The notes: generated by a model from the sequence alone, not told the origin. A stretch of 62,937 nucleotides of DNA, filler included, from Reticulomyxa filosa (GCA_000512085.1; 17 parts of 17 records of this genome joined end to end with filler, not necessarily neighbours in it); one strand, 5' to 3'. Positions 26,246 to 40,369 are shown, counted from the first letter of the whole stretch. A program made the numbers and translations.

Positions 26246-27513
26246 TTTCAACACTTTCAGCAAACAAAGCGCAAATACTAAAGTTCGGACAATATTTGTT
26301 TTTCTATTCAAGCGCTGCTGTATATAAAAGAGGATTTTATGGGAGAGGGACTTCCAACTTTCGTGCTGTTGTAACGAACACTAAAAACTCAACTTGTTAC
26401 GTTTTGGGAACTGTTGTTGTATATTAATTTTTACTACGTTTTGTCATTGATATAGATATTCTTGAGAGTCCCTCAAGTGGACTTATTTTTTTATTAGATT
26501 TTTTAAAGATTATAAACATTAGCACTTCATTGTATGATTAGATTCAATCGTTTTTTCTGTCATTGCTTGTGCTTGCTCTCCCAAGTTGATGATTGATGTC
26601 GTAAGTAATACAATGACAGGTCTGTTTTGATGATATTTTGTGCTTTTGGCCGAAGTCAATGATATGTGTTTACATTAAATATTTTTTTGTGGAAATTCCT
26701 AATGATAACATCATCAAAGATAGTTTATTCGTAATTGAATACAGCTAGCCCACTGCAAAGCATGATAAATTTAAGTACTATCACCTTTCATTTCGAAAAT
26801 AGTAATAATTGAAAAAATTTATTATTTAAAAACAACAAATTAATTGTAAAATTCTAATGAAGAAATTATAAAAGTGCTTAAAAGAATTTGTGGGAAAGTG
26901 CGGGTTAGAGAAGCAGCTGCGGACAGAATGTCGCTCTTAAAAAAATTTCAAAACAAAATAAATAAAAGAATTATTCCCACTTAAAACAAAAACAAAAGGA
27001 GTTGGCAAAGAAATGAAAAGAAAGTCTTAGTTAGAAGGGTTCGATAAACAAGCGAGTTTCTTTCGTTTGTAAAACAATCAATTTTAGAAAAGTTGAAAAA
27101 AATTTAAATACACGTTTTCAAAGCATAATACATATTAAAAGTTATCATACCATCAATTTGATGTTCTATTTTACTTCAAATGGTGTTAACAATTTTCAAT
27201 TGTGGACGAAATTATCTTTAGGACATTGCCCAAACATTGAAATATTATCATATTTACGTTTTACTTATGTTTCACATGTTAACCCATTGAAGGTTATTTG
27301 AAATATATTGTCACTGTATACGGCTAAATAAAGAAAACGTGGCAACGAAAAATTAAAATACTTCAAAAAAGTTAATGAAATTATTAACATCTCCAATTGG
27401 CGGTGTGAACAGGGTTTTAAGGGCAGTATCTTCTAAATGATACTTACAACCAGTTTGTCAGCATCAAAATCAAAAAAAGGGGCTCAAAGGAAAAAAGGTG
27501 AACTTCTCTTCGG

Positions 27514-28222
27514 TTAATATTTCTTTTTGGACCATTGTTCAATGAAAGATTGAAAAAGTTTCAACGCATTACCTCTGTGAGAAATCTCATTTTTAATTTT
27601 GATATCCAATTGAGCAAACGTCAATTTCTCTTTGTTACGTTCGTGCAATGGAATAAAAATGGGATCCCATCCAAAGTTATTTTTACCACGGACTTCGGGA
27701 GATATTTCCCCTTCACACTTTCCAATAAAAATTTCACACTTGGTAGTGTCTGAATCCAAAAAACCAATAACACAAAGTGCTTGAGCAGATTTGTCCTTTT
27801 TGCCTTCCAACATGTCAATCAATCCTTGACAACCACACGACTTCAAGAAGTGTTTGATATAAGGGCCCGGCAATAAGTGATACGCATGAAAGCCCATAGA
27901 TGTATCCTCAACAACCAGAGGACCTTTTACCACCTCACGGGCTTTGAGCAATTTCGCGCGAATTATCTCTTCTGGTGTTCCTTGGATTTCTTCCACTTTT
28001 TTTTATTGTGAATTTTCATTTGTTTTTTCACTTTTTTAATAGTTACTTGTTCCATTTTTGGTGATAGTAAAAAAAAGACAGGTTACAATCAATGTCTTTG
28101 TTCACAAAATGCTTGCCGATATCGTGACCAAAGTACTCTTGAAATTCTCGCAATTTGCCAACATTTCCAGTGACAAAAGTCACTTTTTCATTGTTTGATT
28201 TATCTTCAGGAAGAGATGTCAT
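27514..28222 (-). CDS. ITPA: Inosine triphosphate pyrophosphatase (Ham1 family)
   Basis: FVTGNVGKLRE, DIDL|EEIQG, VEDTS, LPGPYIK, FGWDPIF and KNEISHR motifs. One intron ending at 27996. Confidence 0.95.
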
Positions 28223-28488
28223 TATGTGATTGGCAATTTCCAAAAAAACGCTAATGAGTTTTTTCTCCGACAAGAGCTAGGACCGTGACCAAAGTAACAT
28301 GTCTACAAATGCATCGTATTCTTTTTGCTTCCTTCTTTCATCTTTTTAAAATAAAGCTTGTTTAAGTGCTATTCTTTTTATTTTTGGCAAAGAGTGGCTC
28401 TGTCAATTCGAATTTTTTTCTCCTCTTCACGGTGCTGACCTTGTAGGAAGAAAAGAAAAATAATTACAATTCAAGACAAAAAAAACGA

Positions 28489-31400
28489 ATGTCACAAAGG
28501 GAGTCACTTCATGATCCATTGCTGAGTGGCTGGAGGGAAGATTCACACCACAATGACATTTCAGCACGCAGAACGACAGTAACTGCCGAAGGCCATGAAA
28601 AAAATAAATTGGGCACACTCAACGGAGTCTATGGTAAATGGATTTGTCGAAAACTACAAACTTGCAATATGACACAGTTGTAACAAATAATTTAAAAACA
28701 GCTGAAACCTAACTGTGTGACTGTGAACTAGTTCCTTGTTCGTTGACAATCATGGGGATGATTCAGTTTGAGCGTATGGCATGGTCGGTGGGACAGCAAG
28801 GTGTTGGAAATGTATTGTTAAGTGCGACGTTGCAAAAAAAAGAGTTGTGGAATATACCAAAAATATCTTGTTATTGTCAAACAAACAAAACATTTTTAGT
28901 TTGATATTTTTGATTGCCGAGGTGCAAGCAGTATTGACGGTGTTGTCATTGAGCGCAATTGTGACGAATGGCAACATGCGTGGCGGAGGAAGCTATTTTA
29001 TGATAAGTCGCACTTTGGGACCAGAATTTGGCGGGAGCGTAGGGATATTATTTTACAGTGCGTACTGTGTCGGAGTGGCGTTTTATTCGCTTGGATTTGC
29101 CGAGGAATTAGTGAGTACGTGGTATGGAGACCCCGAGTCTCACTTTTGGGTGACCGTGGGATACGCGTCGTTGGTCCTCTTTTGTTGTATGATCGTCGCC
29201 GTGATGGGTGCCCGTTGGTTCACCAAGGTTAATGTACCGCTCTTTGTTGTACAATTCGCAGCAACCATCCTCCCCGTCATGGCCATGTTCACACGTGGAC
29301 GTTTCGCTATCGATTCTGAAAAAGGGTATTATCACTATCCGTGGTCCGCCGAAAGGTTCAAAGACAACTGGGCCCGACCAAAGTGCGATAACTCAGTTTT
29401 GTTGTCCTCTTAATTTTCGTGGCATATCTTTTTTTTTTAAAAAAAAGGTTACGTAAAAGTTGGATACGTAGCGACAAAAAAATAAAGTGTAATTTAAATT
29501 TTTTTTTGAAATGTTGGGGGGGGACCGACGGAACGGGATTTAAAAGTGGACCGGAGGATGCTATAGCTTTCGACAAACGTTTGGTGTGTTGTTCCCAGCA
29601 GCCACAGGAATAATGGAAGGGGCAAACTTGTCGGGAGATTTAGCCACGCCTTCGCGGTCCATTCCACTTGGTACGTTGTTGGCAGTGCTGACGGCAATCG
29701 TTACGTATGTGTTTATCGTTGTATCGGCCGCAGGAGCATTCACACCAGAGGTGTTGATCAATCGCACTACGGTCATGCAAGACTCGTCTTATAATGCAAT
29801 TGGTACATACTTTGTTGTTGTTGGCGTGCTGGTAAGTGCGCTGTCCAGTGGCCTCGGTGCTTTGTTTGGCGGGAGTCGAGTCTTGCAGGCTATTGCAAGA
29901 GACAAGATTTTCCCGTACACTCACGTTTTTTCAAAGGTTTGTTCTTTTGTTATGTTGTGTTCTCACTGCTTTTTAAAATATTGTGTTCATCAATAATTTT
30001 TTTTTTTTAAAAAAAAGGGAACAAAAAAGGGATGAACCAAGGAGAGCAGTGCTGTTCACGTGGGTAATTGCGCAGTTGTTATGCTTAATTGGAACTGTGA
30101 ACACCATTGCACCTTTGACAACGGCGTTTTTTTGTATATCGTATGCCACGGTGAACCTTTCTTGCTTTCTGTTGCAAATATCAGGCGCCCCCAATTTCAG
30201 GCCCGAATTCAAGTATGTGTCGTGGCATCTGTCGTTGCTTGGATTTGTGTTGAACATAATCGTGATGTTTTACGTCGATTACATATTTGGTATGTCTGTG
30301 CGTATACACATATACACACATATATGTACATACACATATATGTACATACACATGTATGTGATGATTTGACTGTTTGTTAATTGTATTGAATTGCACCGCG
30401 TGTGAATACGCAAACAGGTCTAGGTGCAGTGGTGTGCACGATAATGGTGTTTGCATATTTGATCTATCGATCTCCGCCTTATGTGTGGGGTGACGTGACA
30501 CAGTCGGTAATCTACCACCAAGTGCGCAAGTACCTGCTGTTGCTGGACGAGCGCAAGATGCACAGCAAGTTGTGGCGTCCGAGCATACTGCTGTTGGTGG
30601 ACAATCACGACTTGGCGCTAATCGATTTTTGCAACAATTTGAAAAAGGGAGGCGTATATGTCATTGGCTCGGTAGTCACCGGAGAGTTTGCCGACGTGGC
30701 CGATGTAACTGCTCGCATGCGACGACAATGGCTCGAATTCATCGACAAAAACAACATCAAAGCCTTTCCTCAGATTTGCATTTCACCCACTCCTCGCGTT
30801 GGATACGAAAACATTTTGCTATTGTGCGGCTTGGGCGCCATGCAACCCAACATTGTCGTGTTGCCATTCCTTCGATCAATCACCCAAGTCCCAGCGCAAA
30901 TCCAAGCGCAAGATTTGTCCGAGCTCAGTCAAAAAAACAATAGCAACAATGAGGCCAAGGACACCAGTTCGTCGGAAATGAAAAACGATATTGCCAATTT
31001 GATTGTCAACTCGCCCGCGGAAATGAGCGCGTTGGATTATTTAATGCTTTTAAAGAATATTTTGCAAATTGAAAAAAATGTCGTTGTCACCGACAATTTC
31101 ACAAAGTTGGACTACGAACTACTCGTCAGTCGACCCATCAAAGATCAAGTCCAACTGCATTCCAAACGCCACTCCGATCACAATCCGTCTTCCGACATTT
31201 GGATATGTTTTTCGTTTTTTTTTTTTTTATCCATTTGCAAATACATAATGTATGTTTGTTTGTATAATATACTGGGATAATTATAATTATAGCATTGACA
31301 AATCGTGCTGTTGCAAGTTTGTGTATTGTGTGTGCATGCGTCTTTTCATTCTCTCTAAAAATTTGGTGCATGTTATGCTGACAATGATAACAAAGAAAAC

Positions 31401-32279
31401 AGCAAAAACAAGGAAGACAATGAAAACAAAGAGGACAAAGAGGACAAAGAAGACAATGAAGATAATGCAGACAAAAAAGACAAAAAAGACAAGAAAACAA
31501 TGACAATAAAACAAGAAGACAAAAAAGATAAAGAAAATAAAGAAGACAGTGAAGAAAAGAAAAATGTGGAAGATGAAGACGAAGTGAATGAGACAAGCGA
31601 AGACACGCACGAAGACGGAAAAAACAATTCAGGACTCCAGAAAACGTGGCAGAGCTACTGGACGAAATTGAAAAAAACACAAGAAACATTAAGCGGCAAA
31701 TGGGTCGATGTTTGGATATGGGCCAATGCGTACACGTATGACTTGAGAGATCAAGACAAAAAAGACATGGCATTTCCAATGCTTATGATGCAATTAGCTC
31801 ATATCATTATGTTGAATCGAGTTTGGGACAAAAAAGCTAGCTTACGGGTTATGCTAGTCGTGGATGAACACTGGACTCCGAAGCATGACTCACAATTCGG
31901 CGAAATGATTCGAGAGTTGAGACTTAAAGTCGAACAAGTCGTTCCTGTTCAAAAACCAAAGGTTGACGTCCCCCAATGGCAGGACGTATTACAGGAAATC
32001 AAATCGGACGTTGAATCGACCTTTTCCGAGATCAAAGCCACCGAGCGGATGATTTCATACTATCAATCCATCAATCAAACAATGCACGAACAATCGAAAC
32101 AAACACAATTGACGTTCTTGGCATTACCTCAAATGCCTCCAATTTCCAAAAATAAAGTCATTGACCAATCTTGTGCAATGATTTATTTCCAGTGCTTGTC
32201 TTCGTTGGTTAAGGATTTACCACCCACTGCTATGGTGGCCACTGGACAATCAATACCTGTAATTTCGGTGGACATTTGA
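28489..32279 (+). CDS. SLC12A9: Cation-chloride cotransporter, SLC12A9/CIP1/Vhc1-like (multi-exon)
   Basis: KLGTLNGVY, SAIVTNGNMRGGGSYFMISRTLGPEFGGSVG, FPAATGIMEGANLSGDL..PSRSIPLGT, SRVLQAIARD, SGAPNFRPEF, WGDVTQSVIYHQVRKYLL..KLWRPSILLL, NLKKGG, GLGAMQPN and terminal LPPTAMV..VISVDI. Confidence 0.92.
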
Positions 32280-35039
32280 CTCTTTTTTTCTCCCCAAATT
32301 GTATTGTTTATGTGTGCAGCAGTGTCTTGTTTTTAACTGTTAGCATAATTTTGCACAGCAAATTGCAGCAAGCTATATTGAACAATTTTATGTCATCAAT
32401 TACTTGCACACCAATTTCTAAACACAAATCTGTAGCTAATCACGAACGTAGACATTTCTTTGTTTTTGAATAATTATGCTTATAACACTCTGAATAAGAA
32501 TAATTTTCAACAGCTGTATGTGATTCAACAACTGAAGCAAATCAAATAAACTCCTTATTGAATGCATATTGTGATACACAAAAATAATTTGATAATGATA
32601 ATGTATCTTCAATGATATAACCATGTATGAGATGAAAGCAATTTATAAATGATTGTTTATTAAAAAAACTTGATTGTTCACAAGGTTGCAAAAAAAACTG
32701 AAAACATAATAGATGCGCGTAGATTAATAAAATAATTTTAGAGTACACATGATGAAGTGATCACAAATGTGAAACTAATAGGAAAAATGAATGTATATTT
32801 AAGAAAGTTAGATTATTACAAGATATAAACCAACTTTAGATGGAGTTCAAATCAGAATAATGGAAATAAACTTCGAAGAAGGAGCAGAGAAACTAGTTAT
32901 AATCTGAAAAAAGTTCAAGGACCAAAGCTCAAAAGAAAAAACTCTTAGTTCTTGTTTCAGTTTTTGTTTTACCTTTAAGTGCGGTTTTCAGTTAGGATAA
33001 AATTATCTAGGTTTTTAAATAACTACGTTTAGTTAAGTTTTTAGTTAGTATTATAAAAGTAAGTGAATAACACAAAGCTTGACCAAAGGATAGATACTAT
33101 AATTGTAGTGTAGAATGAGAAATGTATGTTTTTTGTGTTCTTTATGTTTCTAAATTAAAAAGCTTTTTAGGAGCTTGTCTGTAAAGACGAAAGCGCTACT
33201 CCAGAAAGAAAAACATAATCCAAAGCAAATTTTAGAATTTTCTTCAGAATCCAGACTGAGTCAATTGATAAAAAGTGGACAAGTCGATAAATTAGAGTCG
33301 AGTTTTGTATCACTTCAAAAGTTCGTGCATAAAAATCAAAGTGGTTCAAAACACTGCGAAAAGCAATAGCAGCCAAAAAGTATACGTAAGACAAAAGTTA
33401 AACTAGTAAAATGGAAGAGAAACAAATAATAATAGTAAATGAAGATATAATTATGAAACAAGCACATTATCCAATTAAAAAAGAAAAAGATGAACTTAAA
33501 AGAATGATAAGTATAAAAGAAATTATAGTTAGAAAGAAAGACATGTATTGAGAATGCCGTTCGAGCCATATTATGACATGACTGAAGATGACGATGAAAG
33601 AATTAAAGCTTCAATTGAATACAAAACAAAAGGTATACATGTAGTGAAAGAAGCTATGCTTGCTGCAAAATGGCTAGAAACAAGGAAAGAAGTACATAAT
33701 GATTTGGTAGAAGAAGCAATCAGACTATCAATGAAGTTAGAGAAAAAATGTGTAAAAAAGAAAATAGTAAAAAACTTGTTATACAAAGAAATTAGAAAAA
33801 AAAAAGTGCACGAGATTGGCCGAAAGAATTAGAAAAATCAAATAAGAAAAAAGGATCAGGAAGAAAGATAAACATCAGCGTTTATTTCAGAAGAGAATTA
33901 GATGGAGATACACATTTTAAATGGTATATAAAAATCAAAGAATCAACGATCGTAGTAGAAGCAGAATGCACAATTACAGATATCATAGATCAAGAAGGAA
34001 ATGAAATAAATTTAAAAGTTAAAGTCAAATATTAAATTTAGTAGAAGAGATATTATTAAAAGAAACACAAATAAGTGATAAAGATATAGAAGAGTTTCAA
34101 AGTATATGCAAACATTAAATAAAAAATAAAATCAAGACTAGTAATGACAGAGCATAGTCCAGCATTCTTGGTCGATAAACTAAAAGAATGTAAATATTGG
34201 TGCGATTTTGCGTTAACAGGATAACAAAAGTGTTAAAAAGTGCAAAGAAAGTAGAAACAGAAAAGCAATAATAATGAAATATCAAGATATGTATCACTTA
34301 AGAATGATCATAAATAATAATCAACATATAGATAAAGCAAAGAAATGTACAGTATTGATATACTGAAGTTTGGGCAATCAATAATAAGAAAACAAAGAAT
34401 TAAGAATTTAAAGAAAAAGACTATTAACACAAATGTTTGCGATTTTACATGATGTCATTTTGCAATTGTAAATAAGAACGCATTAATAAAAAGGAATAAT
34501 GATTTAAAAGAACATTCGGAATTGACAAAGATAATAAAGAACAATACGAAGGTAAAGAATATTTAATAATAATAAAAAAATTCATTTTAATCATAAATAT
34601 CAACTTTGCAAAAAAAGTTGTATTTTGAAGGAGATTTGAAACAGAAACAACTATATAATGCAACATCTTGCAGTTTCTAAAAGAATTTGAAGAATCAATT
34701 CAAAGATTTTAACGATTTTGTATTGTGCAAAGTTCGTGGCGAACGAGTTTTTTTTTTTTTAGATGAGAAGAATGTAATTTGTTAAATTGACACAAAGGCA
34801 AAATATTGTAAAACAAGCACCTCACTCAAAATTGAATACAGTACTAAATAATACAATACGCTACAAAGAGTAACTAACAAATAACATCCATGCTTCAACA
34901 TTGAAGCAATAATTTTACTTTAAAATTTGTTTTGGCGAANNNNNNNNNNNNNNNNNNNNNNNNNNNNNNNNNNNNNNNNNNNNTTAATTAATTAANNNNN
35001 NNNNNNNNNNNNNNNNNNNNNNNNNNNNNNNNNNNNNNN

Positions 35040-35493
35040 ATTCAGAACGAATGTACACACACCGCCAAAGCCATAGCTTTGTTGCCCTCGACGCTGAAAA
35101 TCTTTGCATATTGTTGTCTGTGCCAACAATGTCATCCATTTAATGAGCGCAAAAAAAAAAAAACAAGACAAAGAAAAAAATGGACACGCACATTTGTGCT
35201 GCATGTGCAGAAGGAGCCTCCGATAAAATATCTTCCACCTTTAATGGCTCCTCACGTGTTTCATTCAACTTCTTCAACAATTTCTTCTTTGAAACTGGAG
35301 TCATTTTTACTTGCTGCAACAGCGTTTTCCATTCTTGTGGTTCCACAAACGCTATATCATCACACTCAACTACGCCGAGGACATCATACAAATAAGAAGC
35401 GACATTCAAAGCCTCGTCAGGTTTTATTTTGCATTCATCTCTGAAATATAGAGAAAGTTTTTGTGTCGAATCTTCATCTTCTTTTCTCTCGGT
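35040..35493 (-). CDS. Protein with N-terminal SAM-like helical domain, 3' partial
   Basis: MTERKEDEDSTQKLSLYFRDECKI...YLYDVLGVVECDDIAFVEPQEWKTLLQQVKMTPVSKKKLLKKL has SAM-like spacing (L.G..DD..L..L.M.P..KKKLL). Confidence 0.45.
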
Positions 35494-35832
35494 CATAATT
35501 ATTATAATAAGAATTCGTTCAGACCAAGGGATAAGCACAGGGAGTTGCAGAGTTAAAAACACATCTTTTTCATTTTTTGTACGAATATACCCTCTTTCCA
35601 GAGACCCAGATTATTGCAGGTTTATAATATACCAATAGATAGAAAAGATTGGAAAAATTGTTTCTGTACTGTCAAAACATTTAAACAGTGAATGAGTTTT
35701 TGTGTGAACGATCCCAAACACTTACCAATTGAGAAAGTCTCCGTTTACTTTTTTAAAAAAAAAGATAACGGAAAAAAAAACGAAAAGCAAAAAAAAAAAT
35801 GCCACAGTAGATGAAAGTCCAAAATTGGATAC

Positions 35833-36284
35833 TCAGAGAATGTACTTTTCCAAGCTTTCTGCTTTATTGATATCACCTAAATGCTTTTTCACGTATTCTG
35901 CATCGACTACATATTCTTTGTCTCCTTCAGCCGCTTCGACATTGATATCTTCCATTACCCTTCACAACAGAAAGCAGAGAAACACAACAGCTAAATATCA
36001 CCAAAAAAAGGACAAGTAGAAAAGGGGAAGAGTAAGATAAAGAAAAAGAACTTTTCGATCACAGTAATCAATCTTCTGGCTCCGATGTTTTCGACCGAGT
36101 CATTAACTTTGACAGCAATATCAGCAATTTCGGATATGGCCTCGGAGGTGAAACTCAGTTTGCAATTTTCAGTCTTTAACATTTCGATTTGTTGTTGGAT
36201 GAGGTTAAACTCGGTTTCCGTCAAAATGCGATGCATGTCACTTTTTGTCAATGGTGTTAATTCAACTCTTACTGGTAATCGTCC
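35833..36284 (-). CDS. hslU: HslU/ClpY AAA+ ATPase subunit, C-terminal exons (probably mitochondrial)
   Basis: [17 protein letters not shown]...[17 protein letters not shown] [intron] VMEDI...VDAEYV and terminal LEKYIL* (via one homopolymer indel). Confidence 0.9.
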
Positions 36285-36513
36285 CTTTTTAATTGTCATA
36301 TATATATATATGTATATGTATANNNNNNNNNNNNNNNNNNNNNNNNNNNNNNNNNNNNNNNNNNNNTTAATTAATTAANNNNNNNNNNNNNNNNNNNNNN
36401 NNNNNNNNNNNNNNNNNNNNNNTTATTATTATTATTATTATTTTAAATACACAATTGTTTTATGTTTAAACAAATGATTATATAAACATATAAATGCACA
36501 TAAATACAAAAAG

Positions 36514-38985
36514 GTGTCCCAATGTATGACCGAGTGTCATACCGAACACCAACTTATTACTTTGTGCTGACAAGCACAAACTCTGCGTTTTTGCAAATAT
36601 CTCTGACATCGTTGTGGGACTCATCGTATTTGGCTCTGAATGCATACATTAGTAACAACGAGACACAACCCAATTCAGAAAATGCACAATGGCGTATCCT
36701 TGACATTGATACTCACAACATCAATGGCACCAATATGTTGGTCATCACTCCGGATGACCCCCACTATGTTCCCAACACTTTTGTGTATTACATTGGCGTA
36801 CATGCCGAAAGTAAGCAAAATGGAAACTCCAGAGGCGAACTGCAATATCAAATCTTTGCAACATCCAATCGCATTATATTGACTGAAGGATATCCACTGG
36901 TTTGTCTTCTTTTCTTTGTATGTATACATATACATATAAATGTTTGGCTTGCTAATGTAGACATTGAGAATGTCGTATGTTACTTGATCAATTATTTTGC
37001 CGAAGGAATTTATTATTCATTTGACGTTGTGAACAATGACGCAAACCAAGTGAAAAATACGTCATTGGAAATCAACGTTGTAAGCAACTACGTGGAGGAC
37101 GTGTTCACCGTGGTTGTGACCAACACGGAGTTGACGGACGTGACTGCTTGCACTGCCTCCAATCATTGTCCTTCCGTTCAATGCGACACCTCCAAGACTT
37201 GTTCCAAATTCCAGGCCACACGTGGAATGCCTGTCCGTGTCCAGCCGAGCGACTTGGTTTATTGTCATCGTCACGCCAACACCATTTGCACTTATTTGAT
37301 TTCCGTCTTTTTAAATGTAATTTTTTTTTTTTTTTTTGTAACTTCTTCTATGATAATGTATACATTCTTTTTTAAAAAAAAAAAAGGAATATTCGAGTCC
37401 AATTTCTCATGAACACAGCGACGTGATAGAAATGACGACAACAGTGTCGAGTTCAAGTGAGACTGCAACCGTGATTGTGTTTGAAGGTGGAGATGTGTAC
37501 GGTGACTTTACCCCAACTCTTCATTCCGACGACAGCTATTATGACTACTACCAAACACATATCGCGAAAGGCATTGACCACGTTCAAGTGTCAGTGGACT
37601 TGTGTTACGCCTATGATCTCGACTCTGGACACTCCTTATTTACCGAGGCGGTGTCCAACTCCCTCTATGTCATGCTTTACCTTAGTGAAACTCACTATTA
37701 TCCAGACCAAACCAACTATCAAGTGCAAGTCGCGGATAAGTCGATTATCAACTACGATGGCGTTCCAAAGGACCGAACTTACTATTTTGGAGTCACTTGG
37801 GTATGTATGTCACATATATGCTAATAAATTATGTAAATCAAACACAAAGTTGATTGTCGTAAAATAACAGAGCGCAAATGTGGATATTAATTACTGGAAT
37901 AATGACGCCGATCTTAACTATCGTATTGCAGTGGGTTATCCAACCAAAGACAGTTTTGTGTTTGTGCTATTCATTTTGAGATGAAGGAACAAGGGAATGG
38001 TTGTGATGTTGTTACAGAGGAGCCGATTCCTGGATCTATTATTGTCACTTCGATGAAAAAGGGCAAAGCTACCGTGAATTGGGAACGTGCGACAATTAAG
38101 TCGATATATCAGTCCGATGTGAAAATCGAAAAGTATGTCCTTTATTTCGCTCGAGCCGACGACTCGCCCTTCAACATGGAGCGCGTTTGTGGCTTGGAGG
38201 GATTGCTGACGTGGAACGAGTGCACCCATCAAAGCACCACCAGTCGCTCTTGCTATATCAATCTTAACGCCACCAATTCGAAGCAAAATATCACCGGTTT
38301 GGAGCCATCCGCCAAGTATACTTTCAACATCGTAGTTTATGCGCGAGTCAAAGTACAGCTTTCGAATACCACCAATTATGAAACAAAATCAGTAGCTGTT
38401 CCATACAATGCTTACAGCGTAGTTAAGTGTCTATTCTTCTCTCTTTATACCATGTAAAAAACATTTTTATTTTTTTTAAATATGTATCAATTTACCATCT
38501 TTGATCGTGGATAGATAATCAGCAATTTTGATAGCAATGTCGACACCGATACGACAACCACTAGAATATCCAAACACACAGACACTACTCAAGAACTTCC
38601 TGGCTGGATCATTTTTGGAATCGTTATTGGCGCTTTTGCGGTCATAGCTATTTGTGTGGTCGCAATTGTATTGTTTGTTCGAACAAAACAGTTGGAAAAA
38701 GAAATGAAAGCCTTGGAAACGTTGCACATGGAAGATGTGCCTCTTTCTGCCATTCAAAAGTCTCTTCGTGGAAAAGGAGTCACCGACAGTGATAATGAAA
38801 GTAGCGTAGGCGAGAAGAAAGAAAATGTCAAAGAAAAGCAAGTTGGCTTACAAAATCCAAAGAAATACCATCAACTGATAAGTATGTCATGCACTTTATC
38901 TTTCGATATATTTTTTGATCAATCGATATTTGCTTGCACTTATAATATGTTTTTTTTTACAGGTCAACGCGATGAAGATCTTTAA
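36514..38985 (+). CDS. Type-I membrane glycoprotein with beta-rich/Cys-containing ectodomain and membrane-proximal FN3-like domain (5' partial)
   Basis: Multi-exon. Many NxS/T sequons. FN3-like ATVNW...ITGLEPSAKYTFNIVV. Single TM GWIIFGIVIGAFAVIAICVVAIVLFV (about 38600-38680). Short cytosolic tail. Confidence 0.72.
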
Positions 38986-39292
38986 GCTGGTGGACTTAAT
39001 TAAACGATAAATAGACAGAAATAAACTTTTATCTTTTAACTCGTTAGAGTCTTTTCAAACCCATTGTTTTATGGTGAAAATGTTGCAATTTGCGCATGTT
39101 TCATACAAATTTCCAATAACAATTTTATTTCACTTTTTTAAAAATTTTAATCACCTCACAAGTTCTTTAAATAGTTTAATTCTCTTCACTATNNNNNNNN
39201 NNNNNNNNNNNNNNNNNNNNNNNNNNNNNNNNNNNNTTAATTAATTAANNNNNNNNNNNNNNNNNNNNNNNNNNNNNNNNNNNNNNNNNNNN

Positions 39293-39328
<36 letters not shown>

Positions 39329-39360
39329 GGGGGTGTAAAAAAAAAAAAAATTTATTTCAT

Positions 39361-40077
39361 TCACTCCCTCCCCCCCCCTCCTCCAAAAAAAAAAATTTTG
39401 GGAACAAACTCCGAGGTGGTAAATTGCTTGTGACAGAAAACAATAGCTCTTCGTATCTCTTTGCCGACGTCACTCGCCATTTCGATAATTAAATCTCTCA
39501 TGGAAATGTTGTTTTTTTTTTTATTATGCCTGGGACTAGATGGGTCGTCGTTGCTATCTACCTCTTCCTCTTTGAGTGATGCGTCTTCTTCTGTCAATGA
39601 AAAGTCAAAAGTCAAGTTGCTCGCATTACTTCCATTGCGACTTTGTGCGGGGGAATCCAACTGGGTCACGGTACTTCGCACTGGCGGGAGCTGGTTTTCA
39701 TTACTATGCGTCTCGCTTGCATTGGAAGATACACCTGCATATTGACCAGACACTGTCGCCGTTGTGGACTCGGTCATACTAATGTCGGTGCTATCTCTGC
39801 CTGTGTGAATAATTGGGATTTTGTCCATACTTGGCTTCGTTGACAATGTCATTTTGTGCACTTCTGTTGCTTCGTTGCTATTCTCTCTGTTGTCGTTCTC
39901 GTTTTCCGTTGTTCGGACTAGAAGTTCTTCGTCCGTATTTATATTTTCTATCAGCAGCTCAATTTCCTTCTCGCTTAGTAGCATTACACTACTTTGCTGC
40001 GGCGCATGAGTCCTCTCTTGAGGGGCTGCTGCTGTGTTTTTACTTCCTAAATGTTGAGGTACCTCTGGTTGTGACAT
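39361..40077 (-). CDS. Hypothetical Ser/Thr/acidic disordered protein, first exon (3' partial)
   Basis: 238-aa ATG-initiated ORF running into an intron-like poly-T/G tract at the contig end. Divergent from the 40370 gene. Confidence 0.6.
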   Translation of the reverse strand: MSQPEVPQHLGSKNTAAAPQERTHAPQQSSVMLLSEKEIELLIENINTDEELLVRTTENENDNRENSNEATEVHKMTLSTKPSMDKIPIIHTGRDSTDISMTESTTATVSGQYAGVSSNASETHSNENQLPPVRSTVTQLDSPAQSRNGSNASNLTFDFSLTEEDASLKEEEVDSNDDPSSPRHNKKKNNISMRDLIIEMASDVGKEIRRAIVFCHKQFTTSEFVPKIFFFGGGGGRE

Positions 40078-40369
40078 TCTTCGTTTTTTTTTTAATGTCG
40101 ATTTTTTTAATCTAATAAAAAAAACTTCTCAAATCATCATTCATATAAATTTTAGCCCCTTTTTTCCCGTCTGTTTTTTTCCTCAAACGATCTTCTATAC
40201 TGTTGTCTCGCAACCACAAATTATTTTTTTGTAAAAAAAAGCAGTTGGTTCAGCCTGCTCAAGTTTTTTTAAAAAAAGAGGTGCTTCTTTTTTTTTTCTA
40301 ATTAGTTGTATTGAGAGGGGGGGAGGGTGGACAAAATATATAAAAAATAATAACTAATAAAAAAAAAAG

